From Lama guanicoe (Eukaryota): a DNA stretch of 64,000 bases. A program made the position numbers and the translations under genes. Positions 11,268-22,725 of the stretch are shown one piece after another. Location: the NCBI GenBank assembly GCA_013239625.1, contig MU054187.1, forward strand, positions 23,808,795 to 23,872,794, read 5' to 3'. The notes under the pieces are model-generated. The model searched no databases. It was not told the DNA's origin and saw only the letters and a list, made by a program, of their open reading frames with translations. The first letter of the stretch is position 1. Every line of letters starts with the position of its first letter.

Positions 11268-12470
11268 TTTATTATTTTATACCAGTTTTAGTGAGATATA
11301 ATTTTATATAGGATAAAATGCAACCATTTAAATTGTCCAATTTAATATATTCCCAGTGCTGTGCAACTATCCCCACTCTCTAATTCCAGTACATTTTCAT
11401 CACATTTTCAAAGAAACCCCTTTCTGCCTAGCAGTCACTTCCTGCCTCACCTTCCCCACAGCTCTGGTAATCACAAATCTACTTTCTGTATCGATAGATT
11501 TGCCTTTTCTGGGCCATTTCATATAATTGGAATAATACAATATCTATGCTTTGCAATGTGCTTCTATCACTTAGCATGTTTTCAAGGTTTATCCATGTTG
11601 CAGCACACTCAGGTCCACTTGTACATGGCTAGTTTTCAGTAGACATACAATTGGCCCTCCATATTCACAGGTTTTATATCTTTGGGTTCAAGCAATTTTG
11701 GATTGAAATTTCTGAGGATGCAAAACCTGTGAATATTGAGGGCTGACGATACCATGACTTCATACGTAAGGGACTTGATCATTCAGGGATTTTGGTGAAG
11801 ATGAGGGCTCCTGGAGCCAATCCCCTACAGGTACAGAGGGATGACTGTGTTAGTATTTCATTCCTTTTTATGGCCAAATAATAATCCATAGTATACAAAC
11901 ACCATATTTGGCTTATTCATTCACAGTTAATGGACATTTGGGGTTTTTCAACCTCTTAGCTACTGCGAATAATGTTAGTATGAATATTCATGTACAGATT
12001 TTTGTGTGAATATATGTTTTGATTTCTCTTGGGTATATACCTGGGAGCGGAAATGCTGAGTCATATGATAACTTTACGTTTAACATTTTGAGGAACTGCC
12101 TGACTAGTTTGCAAGGTGTCTGCAACCACTTTACAATCTCACCAGCAATGTATAAAAGTCCCCATTTCCCTACGTTTTCACCAACATTTGTGTTGTCTGT
12201 CTCAATGATAGCCATCCTGATGTATATGAAGTAGGGTCACATGTGGTTTTGATTTCCATTTTCCTAGTGATAAATACCGTTAATTATATTTGCATGTGTT
12301 TATTGGCCATTTGCATATCTTTTTTGGATAAATGTCTACTCATATCCTTCGCCCATTTTTAAATTGGGTTATTTGTCTTTTTGTTGTTGAATTATAGCCA
12401 TTACTTATATATTTTCAATACATGTCCCTTATCCAATATTTAATTTGCAAATATTTTCTCCATATTTGTA
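11268..12470 (-). mobile_element. L1MB-type LINE-1 3' end (3'UTR plus end of ORF2), interrupted by a Tigger MITE
   Basis: Typical L1MB 3'UTR on the reverse strand; ORF 11988..12215 resembles the ORF2 C-terminus (…PLPGIYPREIKTYIHTKICT). Confidence 0.85.
11605..11847. mobile_element. TcMar-Tigger MITE (MER2/MER8-related), left end truncated
   Basis: 'caattggccctccatattcacagg' and right TIR 'ccaatcccctacaggtacagagggatgactg'; same architecture as 63642-63875. Confidence 0.8.
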
Positions 12471-12604
12471 AGCACCCCTAATCATCTGACAATAAGCACA
12501 TAGCAGATCCACAATAATTATTTTTGAACTGATATTCAGTACATTCCCTATTCAGTAAGGAAATTGCAGGTTGGGATAAACTCCATGTCCATCACCTAAA
12601 GAAG

Positions 12605-13080
12605 GGACAGTTATTTGCCTCCCAGGAACCATTCTGTGTTTTCCAGTCTGAAATTCAGAAAACTACAACTTTCAATGGGTACATTTCCTTCTTGAAAAGA
12701 AACATTTCCTGCTTCCCTTGCAGTAATTAGTCAATTAAGTTATTGTCATTAAGATATGAATGAAAGTACTGTGTAGGATTTCTGAGAGACTCTTAAAATG
12801 ATGTGGTACACCAACTTCCACGCTGCTACCTGGAATGCAACTGAGAGACCTAGGAGTCTATCAATCTTTTTATGCCAAAGAAATCAAAACTGAACCCTAG
12901 GGTTTGCCAAAAGATGATCTAGAAGGAAGCCTAGTCCCCATTGTCTTCTTGGAAACACCATACTAGTCTGAACAGTTTACTTATATACTTCTTTCCCCTG
13001 AGGAAGAAATTCCAGCCTTCTTTAAGCCACTGTTCTGGGGGATCTGTATTACTTTTATAACTGAATCAGACTCTGAGAAA
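12605..13080 (+). mobile_element. MaLR LTR (MLT1J-like)
   Basis: 'acatttcctgcttcccttgcag', 'tgctacctggaatgca', 'tttaagccactgttctgggg' are MLT1J landmarks. Confidence 0.6.
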
Positions 13081-13939
13081 GTGTATCCAATACTCTTTTA
13101 TTTCTAATAAAATGAGCTTTTGACTAGCTAAAAGGTTAAGTAACAAAAGGGCAGGCTTTACTGATTTTCCTCAAAGTACAAGACTTTATATATACTTCTT
13201 CATTTAGTCCTTGATGGGTAGTAGTATACTGTATTTAGTTTTGTATTGATTCTTCTGTGCCTGAAGTGAAAACTTGTCTATTAAAGAGTAAAAAGGTGGT
13301 GGGGAGGGAGTGGAATGAGAGAGAGAAGGAGAAAGCTTTCATCAGGTGAATTAAGATAAAATGAAGCCAATTTTCTTATTTTAAAAGGTCTCCCAAAATA
13401 AAAAATGGTCTCTGACAGCAAGCTTTAGTTTAACAAGGTGAAAAAATCAATATCACATCTAAGTTTGAAAATTGGGGCAGCATGAGGGATTCGAGTCTCT
13501 TCCTCACTGTTAATGTAATCAAGATTTTCTGCTGCTACGGCACTTGTTTTATAAAAATGAAATTCACTTTTATATCCTTACCATATGTTGTACTTTGGTT
13601 TCTCTAAGAATTGAGAATTTAATGTGTCAGTCTTATTAATGGCTTGAAACCCATTTGCAAAATTGTAAGATGCATTAAGTGCACATCCATTACAAGTTAG
13701 AAATGGACAATAAAAATGAACACCATCATAAACATGTTAGATACGTGTTAATTGTTAGAATGAATTTTAAAATATAGTGTCTGCTTTTAACATTGATGGA
13801 TCTTTTTCGTAATCCATTCAAGAACTATTTCTTGAGTGTCTATATACATACTAGGCACTGTTCTAACACTTGGCAACAGACAATATTTCTATACTATAAA
13901 GGATGCATGGCTTATTTTTGTCTTGAGTAAATTTGCTTT

Positions 13940-14054
13940 AATTTTTATTTGGAAATAATTATATATTCAAAGAAAATTGCAAGGAAAAGTAAGGGGGAGA
14001 TACCATGCATTCTTCAGCAAACTTTTGCAATGTTAACATCTTGCATATAGTAGA
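13940..14054 (-). mobile_element. L1MC2/3-type 3' terminus
   Basis: 'ttttatttggaaataattatatattcaaagaaaattgc...caatgttaacatcttgcata'; appears to continue at 20966. Confidence 0.6.
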
Positions 14055-15445
14055 ATTTCTTTGGGTAAAATGGACATTTTAGCAATATTATTTCTCTCAG
14101 TCCCTGAACAAGGAATACCTTGCCATTTGTTTGTGTCTTCTTCAATTTCTTTCATCAGTGTCTTATAATTTTTAGCATACAGGTCTTTCCCCTCCTTGGT
14201 TAAATTTATTTCTAGGTATTTTATTATTTTTTGATTAATTATAAACGGGATTTTTTTCTTAACTTCTTTGATATTAATTCTTACTGTATAAAATGTAACT
14301 GATTTTTGCATGTTAATTTTGTACCTGAAACTTTCCTGAATTTGTTTTTTATTAATTTTAACAGTTTTTTGTGAAGTCTTTAGGGTTTCCAAATATAGTA
14401 TCATGTTATCTGAAAATCATGACAGATTTATTCTTTCTTTCCAGTCTGGATGCCTTTAATTTTTTTTTTTCTGCCTAATTGTTCTGGTGAGTACTTCCAA
14501 TACTGTGTTAAATAAAAGTGGTGGGAGCTGACATTCTTGTCTTGTTTGTGGGCTTAAAGATAAAGCTCTCAGCTTTTCACAGTTGAGTGTGATGTTAACT
14601 GTGGGCTTGTCGTGTATGACCTTTATTATGTTCGAGTACATTTCATTTGTATCCACTTTGTTGAGAGGTTTTATTTTTTTTAATCATAAGTGAATATTGA
14701 ATCTTGTCAGATTTTTTTATATGCATCTTTGAGACGATTGTGTAATTTTATCTTTCATTTCATTAATGTGGTATATCATTAAATTGATTTAATTGTGGAT
14801 ATTGACCCATTCTTGAATCCTTGATATAAATACCACTTGATCATGGTATATGAACCTTTTAATGTTTTGTTGAAACTGGTTTGCTCATATTTTGTTAAGG
14901 ATTTTTACATTTATGCTCATCAGGGATGTTGGCCTTTTTTTTTTTTTTTTTTTTTTTTTTGTCTTTTTTTTTTTTTTTTTTTTGTGATGTCCTTGTCTAG
15001 TTTTGTTATCAGAGTAATGCTGGCCTTTAAAATGTATTGGGGAGTGTGCCCTCTGCTTCACATTTTTGGGAGAGTTTGAGAAGGATAATATTAAATCTTA
15101 TTTGAATGTTTAGTAGAATTCACCATTGAAGCTTTCCTCTACTTTTGTTTACTGGTACTTTTTTGATTACTGATTTAATTTCCTTATAGTAATTGGTCCA
15201 TGTAGAATTTCTGTTTCTTCATTATATTGTCTTGGAATATTATATATTTCTAGGAATAATCCATTTCTTCTAGACTGCCTCATTTGTTGGTGTCCAGTGC
15301 TCTCTTATGATCCTGTGTCAGTTGTAACTGCTCCTTTTTTGTTTTTGTTTTTATTTATTTGAGCTCTGTCTCTTTTTTTACTTAGGAAGTATAACCAAGT
15401 TTTGTCCATTTTGATTATTTTTTTAAATCTTAAGTTTCATTCCGT

Positions 15446-16995
15446 TTTTCTTTTTTCTTCCAGTTTTATTGAGATATAACTGGCACACAGCACTGTATAA
15501 GTCTAAGGTGTGCAGCATAATGATCTCACTTACATGTATTATAAAATGACTACAGCAACAAGTTTAGTGAACATTCATCATTTTGAATAGATACAAAATT
15601 TTAAAAAATACACAAAGTATTTCCTTGTGATCAAAACTCAGGATTTACTCTGTTAACAAGTTTCATATACAACATACAACAGTGGTAATTATATTACTCA
15701 TGTTGTACTTTATATCTTTAGTACTTATTTATCTTATAACTGGAAGTTTTACCTTTTGACTGTCTTCATCTAATTTCTGCATCCCTCCACCCAACTCTGG
15801 TAACTACAAATTTGATTTTTTTTTTTTTTTAGTTTCTTTGTTTTTGAAGTATAATTGACCTACAATAGTATGTTAGTTGATGTTTTACAACTTGGTGATT
15901 TGATATTTCTGTACATTTCAAAATCATCACCATGATAAGTCCAGTTATGCTATGTCACCATACAAAGATATTCCATACTTATTGACCACATTCTTCACAG
16001 TGTACATTTCAAAATGATGACTCGATTATTCTGCAACTGGAAGTTTGTATCTCTTAATCTTAGTCACCTATTTCTTTCCTCTCTCCACCTTCATACTCTA
16101 TGACAGCCACTTGTTCTCTGTATTCATGGCTCTGTTTCTGTTCACTTATGGTTCATTTACTTTGTTTTTTAGATTCCACACATAATTGAAATCATACAGT
16201 AATTGCCTTTCTCTATATGACTTATCACTTAGCACAATACCCTCTAGGTCCATCTATGTTGTCACAAATGGCAAGATTTCATTCTTTTTATAGTTAATAT
16301 CTCATTGTGTGTATATATATATATATATATCACATTATAGTTATCCATTCATCCCTTGATAAACACTTATGTTGCTTCCATATCTTGGTTATTGTAAATA
16401 ATGCTGCAATTCACATAAGGGTGCATAGATCTTTTCTTATTAGTGTTTCTGTTTTATTCAAATAAATGCCCAAGAGTGAATTACTGAATCTAATTGTAGT
16501 TCTATTTTTAATTTTTTGAGAAATGTCCGTATTATTTTCCACTGTGGCTGCATGAATTTATTTACCACCAACAGTGCAGGAGAATCCCCTTTTCACCACA
16601 TCCTTGCCAACACTTGTTATTTGTGTTTTTTGTTGTTGTTGTTTGTTTTTTTTATAATAGACATTCTGACATGTATGAAGTGATATCTCTTTGTTGTTTT
16701 GATTTCCACTTCCCTGATGATTAGTAATGTTGAGCATTTTTTTATGAGCCTGTTTACTATCTGTACATTTTCTTCAGAAAAAAAGTCTTTTCATATCCTC
16801 TGTCCATTTTTTAATTGGATTGTTTTTTTTTTTTTGATGCTTAGTTGTATGAATTCTCTTTATATTTTGGATATTAACTCCCTATCTGATACATTATTTG
16901 TAAACATGTTCTCCCATTCAGGAAGTTGCCTTTTCAATTTGTTGATAGTTTCCTTCATGTGCAAAGCTCTTTAGCTTGATGTAGTCTAATTGATC
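15446..16995 (-). mobile_element. 5'-truncated cetartiodactyl L1 (composite 3'UTR plus ORF2 end) nested in the older L1
   Basis: T-rich tail then 'ccagttttattgagatataactggcacacagcactgtataag'; host ORF2 sequence resumes at about 17000. Confidence 0.85.
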
Positions 16996-18085
16996 TATTT
17001 TTATTTAGTTTTTATTTCATTTATTTCCACTCTGTTATTATTTTCTTCCTTCTACTAACTTAGGGCTTCACTTGTTCTTCTTTTTCTAGTTCCTTTAGTT
17101 GTAAAGTTAAATTGTTTGAAACTTTTCTTGTTCCTTGAAGTAAGCTTTTATCAATATGCACTTCTCTCTTAGAACTGTTTCACTGCATCCGTAGATTTTA
17201 GCATGTTGTATTTCTATTCTCATTTGTGTTCATGTATTTTTAAACATTTTTTAAATTCTTTTGTTGATCCTTATGTTGCTTAGTATTGTGTTGTTTTTGT
17301 GCTATTTTTAGTTTCCTTTTTGTGATTTTCATGATCCTTCATACCATTGTGGCTGGAAAAGCTTGATATGATTTCAAGCTTCTTAAATTATTGGAAGTTT
17401 TTTTGTGACATAACATATGATTTATTCTGGAGAATGCTCCATATTTGCTTGAGAAAACTGTGAATGCTACTGCTTTGGATGGAATATTCTTTACATATCT
17501 GTTAAATCCACCTGGCTTAACGTGTCATTTAAGGCTGATGTTTCCTTATTGATTTCTGTCGAGATGATCTGGATGTAAGTAGGTATTAACATCCCATACT
17601 ATCTCTGTATTGTTTTCAATTTCTCTCTTTAGGTCTGTTAATATTTGCTTTATATATTAAGGTGCTCCTATGTTGGCTGCATAAACATTTATAAATGTTA
17701 TATCTCCTTGAATTGACCCTTTTATTATTATGCAGTGTGCATCTTTGTCTTATTACAATCGTTTTATCAAGTTTTTTTTTTCTCTGATATAGGTATTGTT
17801 ACCTCAGTTTTCTTTTGGTTTCTATTTGTAGGAGACAACTTTTTCTATCCCTATATTTTCAGTCTTTGTGTGTCTTTACAATTTAAGTGGTCTCTTATTG
17901 GCAGCATAGAGACAGATCTTGTATTTGTTTTTGCTTTTTTTTAATCCATTCAGCCACTCTGTGTCTTTTGATTGAAGATTTTAGTCTATTTACATTTAAA
18001 GTAATTATGGAAAGTTATGTACTATTGCTATTCTGTTCATTGTTTTCTGGATGCTTTGTAGTTCCTCTGTTTCTTTTTTCTTCTC

Positions 18086-18303
18086 TTTTTTTTAATATTT
18101 TTTATTGATTCATAATCATTTTACAGTGTTGTGTCAAATTCCAGTGTTCAGCACAATTTTTCAGTCATTCATGGACATATACACACTCATTGTCACATTT
18201 TTTTCTCTGTGATTTATCATAACATTTTGTGTATATTTCCCTGTGCTATACAGTGTAATCTTGTTTATCTATTCTACAATTTTGAAATCCCAGTCTATCC
18301 CTT
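18086..18303 (-). mobile_element. Short young camelid-type L1 3' end nested in the older L1
   Basis: Poly-T then 'ttttattgattcataatcattttacagtgttgtgtcaaattccagtg'; flanked by tttcttctctt / tttcttccctt; similar to the L1 end at 36066-36412. Confidence 0.85.
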
Positions 18304-18535
18304 TCTTTCTTCCCTTCTGGTTTGATGACTTTCTTTAGTGTTATGTTTAGATTCCATTCTCATCATTCTTGTGTATATAATCTAGGTTATTGCTTTGCAG
18401 TTACTAAGAGGCATATATATAAAATACATATATGTATGCAAGTCTATTTTAAGTTTTTAGTAAGTTACATTTAAGCATTATAAAACTCTATATTTTACTT
18501 CTCCCTCCCACATTTTATGATTTTGGTTTCATCTT

Positions 18536-18556
18536 TGTGTGTGTGTGTGTGTGTGT
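18536..18556. repeat. (TG)10 microsatellite
   Basis: Directly visible. Confidence 0.9.
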
Positions 18557-20588
18557 ATCCCTTAACTAATTATTGTAGCTACATTTTTTTCTATTTTTGT
18601 CTTTTAACTTTGTTACTAGCTTTATAATGATTATTCTGCTAAATTTACTATATATTTACCTTTACCAGTGAGAATTTTTCTTTCACATTTTCTTATTACC
18701 TACAATTTCTTATTACTAACCAGTAGCCTTACTTCTAAGATTATAAGAAGTCCCTGTAACATTTCTTGTAAGGCAGTTTAGTGGTAGTGAACTCATTTAG
18801 TTTTTGCTTATCTGGGAAACTCTTTATATCTCCTCCAATTCTGAGTGATAATCTCATCCTGTAGAGTATTCTTGGTCGGTAGCTTTTTGCCTTCAGTACT
18901 TTGAATAAATCTTGTCACTCCCTTCTGGTCTGCAAAGTTTCTGCTGAAAAATCTGCTCATAATCTTATGAGGGTTCCTTTGCACATTGTTTTTCTCTTGC
19001 TGCTTTTAAGTGTCTTTCTTTATCTCTAACTTTTGACATTTTACTTATAATGTGTCCTTGGTGAGGCTCCCTTCGGGTTTATATTATCTGGATCTGGTTG
19101 TGTGTTTCCTTCCCTGGGTTAGAAAATTCTCAGTCATTATTTCTCAAATAAGTTTTCTGTCCCCTTTTCTGTCTCTTCTTTTCCCAAAACTCCTATAATG
19201 TAAATATTGTTCTATTTGGTGTTATCTCACGTTCCCTTAAGCAATCTTTAACATTTTATTTTCTTATTGCTGCACTATTTGGGTGAGTCCCATTGCTTGC
19301 CTTTCAGCTCATTGATCCTTTCCTCTGGTTTATCTAGTTTGCTGTTGAACCCCTGCTGTGTATTTTGCAGTTGTGTTCTTCAGCTCTGTGACTTCTGTTT
19401 GGTACTTTTTAATGCTTTCTACCCCTTTGTTGAATTTCTCTCTGTGTTCATCAATTCTTCTTTTGAAATTGGTGAACATCTTTATTACTTTGAATTCTTT
19501 ATCATGTAAGTTTTTTCTTTTTTTTTTAATCTGTTTCATTTAGTTCCCCCCTTCCCCCCAGCTTTGTCTTTTTTTGTTTGTTTGTTTGTTTGTTTGTTTT
19601 GAATACATTCCTTTGTTTCCTCATTTTGCTTGAGTCTTTGTTTTATCTTTATGTATTAGATGAAACAACTACCCCTCTTCATCTTGAAGGGGTGGTCACA
19701 GGAAGATTGAACATGTGTTTCAATCTTCTATGAGCTGTGCCCTGGAGATGGTAGCCTGCCAGGGCCTATCTCTGATTGTTTTAGTCCCATGGGGCCCAGA
19801 GACTCAAGACTACTGATCATGAGAGCCAGATGTTTAAGGGATATCCCCTGTATGAACTGTGTGTGCCTGCCAGCTTTGGTGAGGCTGGGCCATTGGGGAA
19901 TGCCAGGCTGTGTTGAGCCAACCCATCAGGTTTGGGGGAGCAGGGTTGTGGGAGAGTGCAGGGGCAGGGAAAGCAGGCCTTACTAGGTAGAGAGAGCATG
20001 CAAAAATGGCACCCACAAGTGTAGTGCTAGTAATGTAGAAGGTAAATGCAAAAATGGCACCACCAGTGCCTCCATCCCCTGAGAGAGTTCCAATAGACCC
20101 CTGCCCCTCTGGCAGATGCTTTAGAACTATGGAGTGAATTTCCTTCACAAAAGGTCTAGGCATTTTTTACATTGCTGCTTTTGTGTTGGGTCCCAGCATG
20201 AGTGAGGCTGTGCATGTGCCCCTTAAGAGCAGTACCTCCGTTTTCTACAGCCCTTTGTGCATCCTGAACGTTGACCTCATTAGTTCTAAAAGCCAGTTGT
20301 TTTGAGAGCTTGTCTCTCTGGTGCATGTCTTAAGGGTTGGGTACCTGACATAGGCCTCAAACACTTTGCTCCTCAGGGAGAAGTTTCATTTTTATGATCT
20401 CCATCTCGACTCAGGGTCTTTGTGCTAGGGGTGGAGTCTGGGGGCTCTCTCCTACCATCCTGATGCGGCCTCTTTATTGTGTCTTATGTTCTGTTAGTTC
20501 TCAGGTTTTTCTCAAATGGAGTCGTTCCCCATGTAACTATAGATCTGGTGTGTCCATGAGAGGACGTGAGTTTAGGGACTTCCTCCAT

Positions 20589-20598
20589 GGCCATCTTG
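20589..20598 (-). promoter_or_regulatory. YY1 motif at the L1 5' terminus (CAAGATGGCC)
   Basis: Motif lies about 13 bp inside the L1 5' end, the usual position of the L1 promoter YY1 site. Confidence 0.6.
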
Positions 20599-20965
20599 AA
20601 CCACCTCCCCTGGGGTTTTGCTTTTATTGAGGTTGAAGATGGGGTCCTAGGGTTTCACGAGTTCACTTATTACTTGTGAATTTAAAACATGAGAGCATGA
20701 ATTTAAAGCATGAAAAGAAAAATAACAAATGCAAGTTGCCCAAATGGTCAGTTATCTAAATCAACCAAGATCTCTAAAACAAAGGAACCTGGAGAGGGGG
20801 AGGGGCACCTGGCTCTTTATCTGGTCCTGAGGCTGGACATGTATTTTTTTCAAGATAGCTGTCTTTGAAGTGGATGCCTCTTTCAAGCGAATGCCTCAGC
20901 ATTCAAAACTGAAGTCAAGCACTTGCATTACAAAAAAAAAAACGGTCAGAGCTTAAGCTATGTGA

Positions 20966-21383
20966 TTTTTTTTTTAACTGTTGAGTAGTATTTCATGGTT
21001 TAGATAAACTGCAGTTTACGTAACAATTCACCCATAGAAGGACATCTGGATCAGTTCCAGTTTGGGGCTATTACGTACAGGAACATTTGTGTACAAGTTC
21101 TGTGTAAACATAAGTTTCCTTTTTCTGGGATAAATGCCCAAACAGTGCAATTACTGGGGCTTATATTAAGATCATTTTTGTTTTAAAAGAAACTCACAAG
21201 CTATTTTCCAGAGGGGCTGCACTAGTTTACATTCTCACCAGCAATCTATGAGTGATGAGCCTTCTGTGCTTTGCCAGCAATTGGAGTTATCACAACCTTT
21301 TCGTTTTAGTCATTCTGGGAAGTATATATTGATGACTCATTTGGGTTTTTATTTACATTTCCCTGATGGCTAATGACATGTGA
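20966..21383 (-). mobile_element. L1MC2/3-type fragment
   Basis: 'gagtagtatttcatgg...gggataaatgcccaa...ccctgatggctaatga'. Confidence 0.75.
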
Positions 21384-21387
21384 CACT

Positions 21388-21747
21388 TCTTCCCCTCAGC
21401 TTTATTGAGATATTATTGATATACAATATATGCAGTTTTAAGGTGTACAACTTGATGATTTGATACATGTATATACCATGAAATGATTATCGCAGTAAGG
21501 TTAGCTGACACTTCCATCCCTCACATAATTAACTTTTTTTGGTGGGTGTGGTCATAACACTTAAGAACAACTCTCTTAACAACTTTTAAGTATATAATAC
21601 AGCATCGTTCCCTATAGTCGCCATGCTGTCCATTGAATCTCCAGAATTTATTCATTTTATGACTGAAAGTTTGTGCCCTTTGACCAATATCTCTCCATTT
21701 CTCCCACCCTTCAGCCCCTGTTCATCATCATTCTACTCTCTGTTTAC
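21388..21747 (-). mobile_element. L1MA9-type 3'UTR
   Basis: 'cagctttattgagata...tttaaggtgtacaacttgatgatttgatacatg...actgaaagtttgtgccctttgaccaa'. Confidence 0.8.
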
Positions 21748-21762
21748 CTCCATCATCTATTG

Positions 21763-22725
21763 AGATGGCAGACAAGCATATGAAAAATTCTCCATGTCAT
21801 ATGCCATCAGGGAAATGCAAATTAAAATAACAAGATATCACTACACACCTATTAGAATGGCCAAAATTTGGAACACTGACAACACTAAATGATGGAAAAG
21901 ATAGGGAACAAAAGGAACTCTCATTCATTTATGATGGGAACACAAAATGATACAGACACTTTGGAAGACAATTTGGCGGTTTCTAATAAAACTAAACATA
22001 TTTTTGTCATGTAATCCAACTATCACAGTCCTTAGTATTTACTTCAAGGAGTTGAAAATTTTTTCCACACAAAAACCTCCATACGATGTTTACAGCAGCT
22101 TTGTTCCTAATTGCCAAAACTTGGAAGCAATGAAGATGTCCTACAATAGATGAGTTGATAAATAAACGGTGGTACATTCAGACAACAGAGTATTATTTAA
22201 TGATAAAAACAAATGAGCTGTTAAGCCATGAAAAGACAGGGAGGAAACTTCCATAAATATTACTAAGTAAAAAAAAAAAAAAGCCAGCCTCAAAAGGCTA
22301 CATACTGTATAATTCTAGCAATGTGACATTCTGGGAAAGACAAAAGTATGGAGAAAGTAAAAAGGCCAGTAATTGCCAGGGGTTGAGGGTGGGAGAATGA
22401 TGAATAAGAGGAGCACAGAACTTCTTCTAGGGGAGTGAAAAATACTCTATGAGACACCATCATGTTGGATACTTGTCATTATATCTGTCCAAACTTGTAG
22501 AATGTACAACACTGAGAATGACCTGTCATGCAAACTATGGATTTGAGTGTCTCTGGTGTGACCATGTATATTAATTAATTGTAACAAATATACCACTCCA
22601 GTTAGGGATATTAATAATGGGAGAGGCTGTGCGTGTACACATGGCGCAGGGGTTACATAGGAAATCTCTGTACCTTCTTTAATTTTGCTGTGAACCAAAG
22701 ACTGCTCTGAAAAAAAAAAAAACCT
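21763..22725 (+). mobile_element. L1MC1-type 3' end
   Basis: ORF2 C-terminal remnant (21947..22153) and terminus 'gaaatctctgtacc...ttttgctgtgaaccaaagactgctctg' followed by an A-tail. Confidence 0.85.

Larger units (their letters stand above)
14055..20610 (-). mobile_element. LINE-1 (L1MA9-age) with 5'UTR, decayed ORF1 and 5' two-thirds of ORF2; 3' end missing; two nested L1s
   Basis: ORFs 14033..14404 and 14456..14656 are L1 RT-region peptides; 19330..19539 is ORF1-like; 5' terminus 'ggggaggtggttcaagatggcc' on the minus strand. Confidence 0.92.

Noticed and set aside
14033..14404. 123-aa ORF and other ORFs with reverse-transcriptase-like sequence (29459, 52555, 53085, 60891, 61370)
   Set aside because: Fragments of decayed L1 ORF2 broken by stops and frameshifts; not host genes and not retrotransposition-competent
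15446..16130. Apparent double L1 3' end
   Set aside because: Matches the composite 3'UTR I recall for cetartiodactyl L1 subfamilies, so it is treated as one element
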